This document shows positions 11,079 to 20,384 of a DNA stretch of 64,000 bases, piece by piece (position 1 is the first letter of the stretch; every line of letters starts with the position of its first letter). The DNA lies in the NCBI GenBank assembly GCA_039630415.1, contig JBCNVB010000025.1:87673-151672 (forward strand), given 5' to 3'. Source of the DNA: a bacterium. GTDB taxonomy: Bacteria; DRYD01. The notes beneath the pieces were generated by a model. That model made no database searches. It worked only from the letters and a program-made list of their open reading frames with translations, and had not been told where the DNA came from. Made by a program: the position numbers and the translations under genes.

Positions 11079-11862
11079 GGTACTCTTCTAGAAAAGAAAC
11101 TATCAGAATAAGTGGTAGGATAGATATAAATACACCGGCCATTATCATACCCCAAGGAATCTCATAAATATCCGAACCACTTATAAGCGTTATACCAACC
11201 GTAAGAGTTCTTTTTATACTATCATTTGTTAAAGTTAAAGCAAATATAAATTCATTCCAAAAACCTATAAACTGAAGAATCCATACACTAATAAAAGCTT
11301 GTCTTATCATGGGTAAAACAATTAGAAACATAATCTGAAAATCATTCATACCCTCAACTATACCGGCTTCTTCATAATCTCTACTTAAATTGCTAATAAA
11401 CCTACTAAGAAGTATAAATGAAAACACAAACCCTAGTGAAGTATAAACTACAATCAATCCAACCAGTGTATTAAATAACCCAACTTTGACTATTATTTCA
11501 AATATTGGGACTATAATGAGTACGCCCAAAACTAAGACGGTATTAAGTAAAAGTATCAAATTTTCAAGGAAACCTGAGAGAGGTATTTTTTTCCTCACAA
11601 TTGAATAGGCTAAAATAAATCCCAGAAAGGAAGTAATCGTTGCTGAAATACCAGAAACAACTATACTGTTGTAAATATAGTGAAGAATATTAGGATCCTT
11701 GAGTATGTAAAGATAATTGTTTATTGTCCATTCACTAAACTTGCCTTGAGATATCATCTTGTTCGGAAGCAAAGAGTATAAAAATGTAACTACTATGGGA
11801 AATAGACTATATGCTATGGCCAACAAGATCAAAAAAGTATTAATTATTCTTTCAAGTCTCAT
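11053..11862 (-). CDS. carbohydrate ABC transporter permease (MalG-like)
   Basis: Multiple TM helices, EAA-like loop (YEEAGIVEG), WNEFIFALTL, PWGMIMAG. Confidence 0.9.
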   Translation of the reverse strand: MRLERIINTFLILLAIAYSLFPIVVTFLYSLLPNKMISQGKFSEWTINNYLYILKDPNILHYIYNSIVVSGISATITSFLGFILAYSIVRKKIPLSGFLENLILLLNTVLVLGVLIIVPIFEIIVKVGLFNTLVGLIVVYTSLGFVFSFILLSRFISNLSRDYEEAGIVEGMNDFQIMFLIVLPMIRQAFISVWILQFIGFWNEFIFALTLTNDSIKRTLTVGITLISGSDIYEIPWGMIMAGVFISILPLILIVSFLEEYLVKGISGK

Positions 11863-14214
11863 TTACAGTTCAATATCAGTTTCCCCTAGATAGTTAATAA
11901 ACGTATAGTCTGGTTGTGCTTCTAGAGATCTAATTAGCAAGAAGTCATTATCTTTAATTACCAGGTTTAGCTTAGATTTATCCTGACTGAATACTCCTAT
12001 ACTTCTAGTGAACCTCAGCTTTTCATTTTTAGATATTAATCTCATATTTTCAGTTAAATTTTTACCCCGATTTATTTGAGGTATATCGGAGTTGGAAACA
12101 ATTTTGTTATTATTTGTTGTAAGAATAAGTAATTGAGATTGATATAAATCAGGACTAGAAAAGGTAATACAGATGTTATCGTTTTGTTTTAAAGAAGCTA
12201 ACTTTACACCTTTTGCAGGTTTTGATAATACAGGTATTTGTGAAGTATTGGTTCTAAAAGCATACCCCATCTCAGTTAATGTGGTTATGGTTAAATCTTC
12301 TGAAAGGGGTATGATTTCAATAACTTCATCCCCTTCTTCTAATTTGATGTAACTGCTTGTTCTACTGATCTCCAAAATCTCCTTAACACTTACTTTCTTT
12401 ACCATGCCCTTTTGAGTTATAATCAATACATAGCTAGCTTTAGATAATTTTTTGGCACTTATCAGTTTTATAGCTTTAGTATTTTCCTCTGACTTGAAAA
12501 CTTTAGGTAAAAAGATTGAGGTATCTATTAACTTATTCAAGTCTAAAAGACTGTACTTACCGTTAGATAAGAATACGATTACTTTATTTTTTGAGCTTGA
12601 TCTGTATATTGAAGTTACATAATTGTAGTTGCTTACGTTAGCAAATATTTTATCTTTTTTGGTATTGGCTTTGTAAGAGTATAAATAGCCGTTAGAAAAA
12701 CCTACAAGTATTAATTCTTCTTCTTGTTGGGATTTTTCTATCTTTATTTCTTTGAAAGTATCTTTTTCTGCTATGACTGTTTTTCTTTGTTTACCATATT
12801 TTTGTTTTATTTCGTTTAGCTCCTCTTTTACCACTTGGATTAACTTAGATTGATTGTCAAGTATTTCGGATAGCTCTTTTATTTTTTGCATTGTTTGGTT
12901 GTAGTCTTGAAGCAATTTATCCACTTCCAGTTTAGTTAGACGATGGAGTTGTAGGTTAAGAATGTATTCTGCTTGTTTGTGATTTACATGTAATTCACTT
13001 ACTAAATTTAGCACAGCTTTTTTGTAGTCTTCACTATTTCTTACTATTTTCACAAGTTTATCTATGTTTTTTATGGCTTTAATTAAACCCTTGGTCAAAA
13101 ATGCCTTGTTGGATAACTTTTCGAGTATTGTTTTTGTTCGTCTTATTACTACTTCTTTTCTATGCTCTACGTACTTTTTTAGAAGTTCCAAAATCGAGTA
13201 TTGCTTGGGTATATGACCATCTACAGCTATGAATGCACAGTAAAAAGATGTTCTGTATGAAGTGAAGTTCTTTAGATAATTAACTATTTGCTCTTCGTTG
13301 TAAGGTGTTTTGAGTTCCAAAAGTATTCTTATATCGGTGTTTTTACTTTGGTCTATTACATCAACTACATCATTTAATTTTTTATCTTTTATTGCTTCGG
13401 CTATTTCTTTTATGAGCTTTGATTTATTTACAGAATATGGAATTTCGTATATTACCAGATAATCTTTTTTTTGGATATTTTCGATACGGTATTTCCCTTC
13501 TACTTTGATTGTACCCTTGCCTGTAACATAAACTGATTTTATTATTTTAGAAGTATAAACTATTCCACCAGTTGGGAAATCAGGACCTTTTATAATATCC
13601 AAAATTTGCTTAATTGGTATGTTTGGATTTTCAAGTATAGCGATACATGCATCGATTACCTCGTTTAAATTGTGAGGTGGAATATTGGTTACCATTCCCA
13701 CGGCTATTCCGGTTGACCCATTCACAAGTAGATTTGGAAAAGCAGAAGGTAGAACAATTGGCTCGGTTGTTGTATCATCAAAATTAGATCTAAAGTCTAC
13801 TGTATTTAGCTCTATATCTTCTAGCATTAATTCTCCTATTTTTGTTAGTTTGGCTTCGGTGTATCTATAAGCTGCTGGCGGATCTCCATCTATTGACCCA
13901 AAATTACCTTGACCGTCTATTAAAGGATAGTTTAAAACAAAATCTTGAGCCATTCTTACCAAAGCTTCATATACCGGATTATCTCCATGAGGATGGTATT
14001 TGCCCAACACTTCTCCAACTATACTTGCACACTTTTTGTAGTTAGAATTGGAGAAAAGTCCTAATTTATACATGGAGTACATTATCCTTCTTTGTACTGG
14101 TTTTAGACCATCTCTTACATCAGGTAGTGCTCTCGATAAAAGTACGCTTAGAGAGTAATCTATATAGCTATCTTTCAGCTCTTCAACAAAGTTGGCCTCT
14201 ATTAGTTTTGTCAT
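11863..14214 (-). CDS. type IIA topoisomerase subunit A (GyrA/ParC family)
   Basis: [30 protein letters not shown] (catalytic Tyr), GPDFPTGG; no GyrA-box seen in the CTD. Confidence 0.93.
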   Translation of the reverse strand: MTKLIEANFVEELKDSYIDYSLSVLLSRALPDVRDGLKPVQRRIMYSMYKLGLFSNSNYKKCASIVGEVLGKYHPHGDNPVYEALVRMAQDFVLNYPLIDGQGNFGSIDGDPPAAYRYTEAKLTKIGELMLEDIELNTVDFRSNFDDTTTEPIVLPSAFPNLLVNGSTGIAVGMVTNIPPHNLNEVIDACIAILENPNIPIKQILDIIKGPDFPTGGIVYTSKIIKSVYVTGKGTIKVEGKYRIENIQKKDYLVIYEIPYSVNKSKLIKEIAEAIKDKKLNDVVDVIDQSKNTDIRILLELKTPYNEEQIVNYLKNFTSYRTSFYCAFIAVDGHIPKQYSILELLKKYVEHRKEVVIRRTKTILEKLSNKAFLTKGLIKAIKNIDKLVKIVRNSEDYKKAVLNLVSELHVNHKQAEYILNLQLHRLTKLEVDKLLQDYNQTMQKIKELSEILDNQSKLIQVVKEELNEIKQKYGKQRKTVIAEKDTFKEIKIEKSQQEEELILVGFSNGYLYSYKANTKKDKIFANVSNYNYVTSIYRSSSKNKVIVFLSNGKYSLLDLNKLIDTSIFLPKVFKSEENTKAIKLISAKKLSKASYVLIITQKGMVKKVSVKEILEISRTSSYIKLEEGDEVIEIIPLSEDLTITTLTEMGYAFRTNTSQIPVLSKPAKGVKLASLKQNDNICITFSSPDLYQSQLLILTTNNNKIVSNSDIPQINRGKNLTENMRLISKNEKLRFTRSIGVFSQDKSKLNLVIKDNDFLLIRSLEAQPDYTFINYLGETDIEL

Positions 14215-14252
14215 ACTACGTTTTTGTATAGTTTATTTGTACCTCAAGCTCT

Positions 14253-14284
14253 CCTGCTTTAAGCCTTCCTGCTTTAAGCCTTCC
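14253..14284. repeat. 15-bp tandem duplication (CCTGCTTTAAGCCTT x2) spanning the accC stop codon
   Basis: Read directly: cctgctttaagcctt cctgctttaagcctt cc. Confidence 0.85.
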
Positions 14285-15728
14285 AAATAGATAAGTCGTA
14301 TTTTTGAGTCTGATTTCTTGCTGGTGTTTTCAACCAAACTTGATTTTTCGTCATATTCCCAAACTTATAGTAAAGTGCACTTATTATGTTTTCATCCAAA
14401 ACATTTTGATAAGTTTCTTTCCAATTTTGAAAATACTGTTGGATAAAATTGGTATGTACTTGACCTTCTTGGAATTCTTTAGATGAGATGATGGATAGGA
14501 GTAAGTTTTTATTGGTTTTGATGGGTAAAATGATAAGATTTTTCAGGGCATAGATCATATTTTGAATTGCTTCATGTCTAGTATTCCCTTTGGTGATAAC
14601 TTTGCATATTAACGAGTCGTAGTAGGGTGATATTTCTGTTCCTGGTTCAATGAAAGTATCTATTCTGGCGTTTGGGGGAAACTCTACATACTTGATTTTG
14701 CCTGTTACTGGCATGAAATTATTTTCAGGATCTTCTGCCGTTATTCTGCACTCTATTGAATGACCATTGAAATTAACTTTTTCTGGAACTTTATGCCCCA
14801 TTGCTATTAGGTATTGAAGTTCTACTAGATCTAGACCTGTAATCATTTCAGTAACTGGATGTTCTACTTGAAGACGAGTATTTACCTCAAGGAAGTAGAA
14901 TTTACCATCTTTGTAGATAAACTCAACGGTTCCTGCATTATAGTAGTTAACTTTTTTAGCGATTTTGATTGCTGCCTGAGCTATTTGATTTTGCATTTGT
15001 TCGTCTAATGCTGGGGCTTCTTCTATAAGTTTTTGATGCTTTCTCTGTATTGAGCATTCTCTAAGATTTAGATGAATTACATTTCCATAATGATCTCCGA
15101 AAATTTGGACTTCTATATGTCTAGGGTTTTCAAAGTATTTTTCGATATAGACTGAATCATCTTTAAAAGCTGCTAATGCTTCTCTTTTTGCTGCCTGAAT
15201 TGAATCTATTAAATCTTTGGGGTTATAAACTACTCTAATTCCTTTACCTCCCCCACCTTTGGCGGCTTTGATCATTATGGGATAACCAAGTTCTTGCGCA
15301 TATTTATGAATTTCTTCTGGATTGTTTGTGGTTATATCCATTCCTGGTGGGATAGGAACTTGCACTTCTTGAGCTATTTTTCTTGCTAGTACTTTGTCTC
15401 CCAGAATTTCGATAGATTCTGGTGAAGGACCTATAAAGATAATGTTGTTATCTTTGCAGGCTTTTGCAAAAAGATAGTTTTCTGACAAAAATCCATATCC
15501 AGGATGTATCGCATCTGCTTTGGCTTTCTTAGCTGTTTCTACTATTTTGTCAATGTCAAGATAGCAGAGGGTGTCATGTAGGTTATAGCTTTCATGGGCT
15601 ATGTGAGCATGTGGGTTATTTTTATCAACTTCCGAGTAAATTGAAATCGTGTATACACCTAACTTTTTTAGAGTTCTAATTATTCTAACCGCTATTTCTC
15701 CTCTGTTAGCTATCAGAACTCTTTTCAT
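14274..15728 (-). CDS. accC: biotin carboxylase subunit of an acetyl/acyl-CoA carboxylase
   Basis: IANRGEIA, HPGYGFLSEN, GGGGKG, RECSIQRKHQK, EVNTRLQVEHPVTE, YYDSLICK; no biotinyl domain. Confidence 0.9.
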   Translation of the reverse strand: MKRVLIANRGEIAVRIIRTLKKLGVYTISIYSEVDKNNPHAHIAHESYNLHDTLCYLDIDKIVETAKKAKADAIHPGYGFLSENYLFAKACKDNNIIFIGPSPESIEILGDKVLARKIAQEVQVPIPPGMDITTNNPEEIHKYAQELGYPIMIKAAKGGGGKGIRVVYNPKDLIDSIQAAKREALAAFKDDSVYIEKYFENPRHIEVQIFGDHYGNVIHLNLRECSIQRKHQKLIEEAPALDEQMQNQIAQAAIKIAKKVNYYNAGTVEFIYKDGKFYFLEVNTRLQVEHPVTEMITGLDLVELQYLIAMGHKVPEKVNFNGHSIECRITAEDPENNFMPVTGKIKYVEFPPNARIDTFIEPGTEISPYYDSLICKVITKGNTRHEAIQNMIYALKNLIILPIKTNKNLLLSIISSKEFQEGQVHTNFIQQYFQNWKETYQNVLDENIISALYYKFGNMTKNQVWLKTPARNQTQKYDLSIWKA

Positions 15729-15849
15729 AAGATTAACATGGATAGAAAAGCATTTGTTTATAATATATTCTAGTTTGGTTTAAGTTGATCCTTCTGGTTT
15801 ATAGGAAGGGTGGGACGGGTTGAGAGTAGAATATAGAGGAAGGGAATTA

Positions 15850-15937
15850 GGAGGGATGGCCGAGTGGTCGAAGGCGGCGGTCTTGAAAACCGCAGTGGGG
15901 TCAATCCCCACCGGGGGTTCGAATCCCTCTCCCTCCG
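15850..15937 (+). tRNA. tRNA-Ser (anticodon TGA), long variable arm, CCA not encoded
   Basis: GGAGGGA/TCCCTCC acceptor stem, discriminator G, anticodon arm GCGGT-CTTGAAA-ACCGC, variable stem GTGGGG/CCCCAC, T-loop GTTCGAATC. Confidence 0.97.
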
Positions 15938-16180
15938 TCCCTACCCCTTCCCCCTCTCCATCATACCTCTTACCGTCTCCATTATTAACTCAAAAAAAAA
16001 CAAACTAATTATCAAAACAAACAGCAAAATCTTACCTAGATACACGCAAACCATACGAAAAGCAGTACGTAAAATACTCGGCAAAAACCTAAAAATCCAT
16101 ATAGAGGAAGAATAAATTTTGCCATCCAAAATAAAAAGTGGAAAAATAAAAAAAGCCAACCAAAGTAAGGAGGCTGTCAA

Positions 16181-17917
16181 ATGTTAGAACAAAAAATAAA
16201 AGATGAGTTAGCGGAAACTCTTCTTAAAAAAGAATTAATAACTCGTAAGCAACTTGAAAAAGCTCAAAAAAAAGCAGAAGAAGAAAACAAAGAACTTGAT
16301 AAAGTTCTCATAGAACTAGGCTACATAACCGAAAAAGAATTGTATCAAGCAATCGCAGAAGAAATCGGATATGAATTCGTCGATCTTTCAGAAATCGAAC
16401 TAAAACCAGAACTATCACAGTTTCTACCCGACAACCTTGCTAAAAGATATAACGCAGTGCCAATAAAATTCGACGGAGAAAAATTAGTCGTAGCAATGTT
16501 AGACCCCCTAGATACCAATGCAGTAGATGATATAATGCTAATGACTGGAATGGAAATAGAAACAGTAATGGCAACAGAATCTGATCTACGAAGAGCTATA
16601 AACAAAGTCTATGGTACAGCAGAAATAGCAGAAGCGGAAGATATATCCTCCTCAATAGCAGAAATAAATATCGGAGAACTCGCTGGTCTAGAATTAGGTG
16701 AAGCAGAAGAAGAGGAAATATCAGTCGATAAACTAAAAGAAATGGTAGATGAAGCACCAATCGTAAAATTGGTCAACCAAATAATATTCCACGCCATATC
16801 AGATAAAGCCTCAGATATACACATAGAACCCTGGCCCAAAGAAGTAGTAGTTAGATACAGAATGGACGGTATACTACACGAAATAATGAGAATCCCTAAA
16901 CACATACTCGCACCCATGGTTTCCAGAATAAAAATAATGTCTGCACTTGACATAGCAGAAAGAAGAAAACCTCAAGACGGTAAAATACACCTCAAATACG
17001 AAGGAAGAGATTTTGACTTACGGGTATCAACCGTACCAACTGTTAACGGAGAAAAAGTCGTAATGAGAATACTCGACAAAAGCTCAGTAATGCTGGGACT
17101 TGATAGACTAGGATTCATGCCAGATATAAGAGAAAAACTAGAATGGCTTATATCAAAGCCCTACGGCATGATCCTAGTAACAGGACCTACGGGATCAGGA
17201 AAATCAACTACTCTCTATGCATGTTTGAATAAGCTTAACCAAGGAACAGTTAATATAAGCACGGTGGAAGATCCCGTAGAATACCAAATACAAGGTATAA
17301 ATCAGGTTCAGGTTAATCCAAAAGCGGGAGTAACCTTTGCTGCTGCACTAAGAGCATTCTTACGACAAGACCCAGACATAATAATGGTCGGAGAAATACG
17401 GGACCACGAAACAGCTCAAATAGCTGTAGAAGCAGCACTCACGGGACACCTAGTACTATCAACTCTACACACTAACGACGCTCCTTCAGCAGCTACACGA
17501 CTTATCGAAATGGGTATAGAACCATTCTTAGTAGCCTCCGCAGTAGTAGGTGTACTAGCACAAAGACTCGCTAGAACCATATGTAACGCATGTAAAGAAC
17601 CCTATACACCACCAAAAGAAGCTTTAAAAGATCTAGGACTAGCATATACCGAAGAAGAAATAGTATTCTACAAAGGAAGAGGATGTGAAGCTTGTAAAGG
17701 TACGGGATACAAAGGAAGAACAGGAATACATGAACTACTAATCATCTCAGACAAAGCTAGAGAAGTAATCCTAAGAAGAGGAAGTGCAAACGAAATCAAA
17801 AGAGCAGTGCTAGAAGAAGGTTTCAAAACCCTCCAAGATGATGCAATAAGAAAAGTACTGGAAGGAATAATATCCGTAGAAGAAGCACTAAGAGTAGTAT
17901 TTATGGGCAATGCATAA
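16181..17917 (+). CDS. pilB: type IV pilus / T2SS assembly ATPase (PilB/GspE family)
   Basis: ASDIHIEP, GPTGSGKSTTLY, EDPVEY, LRQDPDIIMVGEIRD, TGHLVLSTLHTN, tetra-Cys motif; MshEN-like N-terminus; AGGAGG RBS. Confidence 0.93.
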   Translation: MLEQKIKDELAETLLKKELITRKQLEKAQKKAEEENKELDKVLIELGYITEKELYQAIAEEIGYEFVDLSEIELKPELSQFLPDNLAKRYNAVPIKFDGEKLVVAMLDPLDTNAVDDIMLMTGMEIETVMATESDLRRAINKVYGTAEIAEAEDISSSIAEINIGELAGLELGEAEEEEISVDKLKEMVDEAPIVKLVNQIIFHAISDKASDIHIEPWPKEVVVRYRMDGILHEIMRIPKHILAPMVSRIKIMSALDIAERRKPQDGKIHLKYEGRDFDLRVSTVPTVNGEKVVMRILDKSSVMLGLDRLGFMPDIREKLEWLISKPYGMILVTGPTGSGKSTTLYACLNKLNQGTVNISTVEDPVEYQIQGINQVQVNPKAGVTFAAALRAFLRQDPDIIMVGEIRDHETAQIAVEAALTGHLVLSTLHTNDAPSAATRLIEMGIEPFLVASAVVGVLAQRLARTICNACKEPYTPPKEALKDLGLAYTEEEIVFYKGRGCEACKGTGYKGRTGIHELLIISDKAREVILRRGSANEIKRAVLEEGFKTLQDDAIRKVLEGIISVEEALRVVFMGNA

Positions 17918-18698
17918 TCAATGGACTAAATGTGATAAATGTAGACAAATAATAAGCGCTGTAGATCTAGAAGAAAACCTCTGGGTCTGCCCCAAGTGTA
18001 ATAACCACCAATACATAACAGCTACCCAAAGAATACAAATAACCTTCAATCATTATCAGGAATTATTCAAAGACATAAAACCGAAAGACTTCCTTAATTT
18101 TGAAGACTATGCGGAAAAACTTAAAAAAGATGCAGAAAAGTTAGGTATAGAAGAAGCAATAGTAGTTGGACAAGCCTATTTGTTACCCGATCAACAGAAT
18201 GAATACCCCATATGTTTTGGCATAATGGACTTTGGATTTAGAGGTGGATCAATGGGAAGCGTAGTGGGAGAAAAAATAGCTCTAATAGCGCAAGTAGCAT
18301 ACGAAAAACAACAACCCTTAATAATATTCTCAGCCTCAGGCGGAGCTAGAATGCAAGAAGGAATCATAGCACTTATGCAAATGGCTAAAACCGTAGCATC
18401 TATAAACAAACTTAAGCAAAAAAAAATACCATTCATAAACGTAGTAACAAATCCTACTACGGGTGGAGTGGCTGCTAGCTTTGTCGGAATCGCAGACATA
18501 ATTATCTCCGAACCAGAAGCAATTATTGGATTTGCTGGTCAAAGAGTAATAGAACAAACCATCAAGAAAAAACTACCTCCCAACTTTCAAACCGCAGAGT
18601 TTAACCTTTCTAACGGACTAATAGATCAAATCGTACATAGAAAGAAAATACCCTACTTTCTTCTGGAATTTATAAAAGCATTCTACTTTTGGTTATAA
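17910..18698 (+). CDS. accD: acetyl-CoA carboxylase carboxyltransferase beta subunit
   Basis: WTKCDKC..CPKC zinc ribbon, GGSMGSVVGEK, SGGARMQEG, PTTGGVAASF. Confidence 0.95.
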   Translation: MHNQWTKCDKCRQIISAVDLEENLWVCPKCNNHQYITATQRIQITFNHYQELFKDIKPKDFLNFEDYAEKLKKDAEKLGIEEAIVVGQAYLLPDQQNEYPICFGIMDFGFRGGSMGSVVGEKIALIAQVAYEKQQPLIIFSASGGARMQEGIIALMQMAKTVASINKLKQKKIPFINVVTNPTTGGVAASFVGIADIIISEPEAIIGFAGQRVIEQTIKKKLPPNFQTAEFNLSNGLIDQIVHRKKIPYFLLEFIKAFYFWL

Positions 18699-18715
18699 AA
18701 CGGAGACAAAACTAA

Positions 18716-19417
18716 GTGAAATACCAAAAAATACAAAAAATAATACAAACAAGAAAGTTCATAATAATAGGTTCACCAGCAAGCAACAACTATCAAGTAG
18801 TACAAACTTTTATAGATCATGGGATAGACATAATTAAGCTGCATCTTAACATGACTCACCCCGTAAGCAATGTAACTTTATCAAGTTTAAAAGAAGAAGA
18901 GTCAAACATTTATCCTGTAATATCTCAAAATCCTCAAATCGTATGGGGAATAGTTCCGGGTAATCTGCTAACCAATCCCAAATCTTTTGAGGAAATTCCA
19001 AACGAAACTTTACAACGGTTATTCGATTTCGTAGATCTATTTTACTACTCCTATACAGCTCACTATCTCAAAATTGATTTACCCAAGATGGTTGCAATAG
19101 ACAGAGTATTACAAAGAGAGGAATTATCTATTTTGGAAAGAATGGGTTTTTGGGGAATAGAAACATCGATAGTTGATAAAAATAGTTACGGTTTACCTTT
19201 AACATTACAAGACATTATTAACTTGGAAAGAATAGTTAAAAATACAACGATACCGATCTTTGTGCCAACCCAAAAGAAAATAACGCCTAAAGATGTGAGA
19301 ATTTTGTATGATATAGGTGCAAAAGGAATAGTTTTAGGACAAATCTCCACTTCCCTAGAAATTGATACAGCAAGAAAAATAATAAGTGAATTCGTTGATC
19401 AAGTTCAAAAACTATGA
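18716..19417 (+). CDS. hypothetical protein, probable TIM-barrel fold
   Basis: 233-aa ORF; alternating beta/alpha pattern, IKLHLN..H, PIFVPTQKKI, GAKGIVLG. Confidence 0.6.
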   Translation: MKYQKIQKIIQTRKFIIIGSPASNNYQVVQTFIDHGIDIIKLHLNMTHPVSNVTLSSLKEEESNIYPVISQNPQIVWGIVPGNLLTNPKSFEEIPNETLQRLFDFVDLFYYSYTAHYLKIDLPKMVAIDRVLQREELSILERMGFWGIETSIVDKNSYGLPLTLQDIINLERIVKNTTIPIFVPTQKKITPKDVRILYDIGAKGIVLGQISTSLEIDTARKIISEFVDQVQKL

Positions 19418-20364
19418 TAGATATATCAGTAGTCATACCGGCTTACAATGAGGAGAAGTACATTCTCAACTCTCTTAGATCACTTGTTAATCAATCTTTA
19501 TCCTCCAAAATAAGATATGAAATAGTAGTTGTAGACAACAATAGTACGGACAAAACTAAGGAAAGAGTGGAGGAGTTTATTCAGTATTTTAAGAACAAGA
19601 AGAAACTGGATAAGTCACTAAGTAATATAGACATAAGGATAATAGAAGAGAAAAAGCAAGGTGTTGCGTATGCAAGGCAAACAGGGTTTTCCCAATCAAG
19701 AGGCTGGATAATAGCTACTACCGATGCGGATTGCATTCTACCACCCTTATGGATAAGAACTATCTACAACATATTCAAACACAACTACGATTACTTGTCT
19801 TATCAACTTATAAGCGGCTTACCACGAAAAATAAGAAAAGAGATAATAAAGTCATTCAAAATGCCAATCGTTGGTGCAACAGGATTAATAAAATTTTATG
19901 ATGACGATACATATGAATTGCAGGTAATAAATAGATTGATTCCCGTTTTTCTTGGAATAGGGAATTTTTTTTGGTTTTCACCAGCCCTCCATGGCTCCAA
20001 TTTCGCTATCCTCAAAGAATACTTCATAAAAGTTGGAGGATTCAACACTAATCTCAAAACCGGTGAAGACCTCGATCTGGGAGTAAGAATATCCAAATAC
20101 GGAAGAATAGTGTTTCTTCCCGCAGTAGCTTACTCCTCTTCCAGAAGATTTAGAAAAAATCTGCTAAAAGCAGTATTAATATACACGTTTGCAAATTTCC
20201 TTTCCCATAGACTGTTCGGTAAACCTATAGTCAATGAATTGGATACAGCCAGAGGAGAAAGAGAAATATTCTATCAACCTCTCAACCTAAACCAAGAATT
20301 CCAAAAAATAAAAAACAAACTTAAAGAAATAATTCAGGATATAAAAAGCAAACTGGATATATAA
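19414..20364 (+). CDS. glycosyltransferase family 2
   Basis: ISVVIPAYNEE, VVDNNSTD, TDAD, GGF...GEDLDL, SSRRF. Confidence 0.93.
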   Translation: MIDISVVIPAYNEEKYILNSLRSLVNQSLSSKIRYEIVVVDNNSTDKTKERVEEFIQYFKNKKKLDKSLSNIDIRIIEEKKQGVAYARQTGFSQSRGWIIATTDADCILPPLWIRTIYNIFKHNYDYLSYQLISGLPRKIRKEIIKSFKMPIVGATGLIKFYDDDTYELQVINRLIPVFLGIGNFFWFSPALHGSNFAILKEYFIKVGGFNTNLKTGEDLDLGVRISKYGRIVFLPAVAYSSSRRFRKNLLKAVLIYTFANFLSHRLFGKPIVNELDTARGEREIFYQPLNLNQEFQKIKNKLKEIIQDIKSKLDI

Positions 20365-20384
20365 GTATTTTAAGGAGGTGTAAG

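Noticed and set aside
15752-15778. dif-like sequence (reverse strand CCAAACTAGAA-TATA-TTATAAACAAA) at a skew switch
   Set aside because: The spacer is 4 nt rather than 6, the XerD arm is poor, and it is better explained as overlapping -10 boxes (TATAAT / TAGAAT) of divergent promoters; the skew reverses again within a few kb
15820-16180. ORFs 15820-16008 (+), the 5' part of 15864-16115 (+) and 15941-16180 (-)
   Set aside because: They overlap the tRNA-Ser gene or are antisense to low-complexity sequence
15937-16180. Prophage or island integrated at tRNA-Ser
   Set aside because: No integrase, no duplicated tRNA 3' end noticed, and housekeeping genes follow
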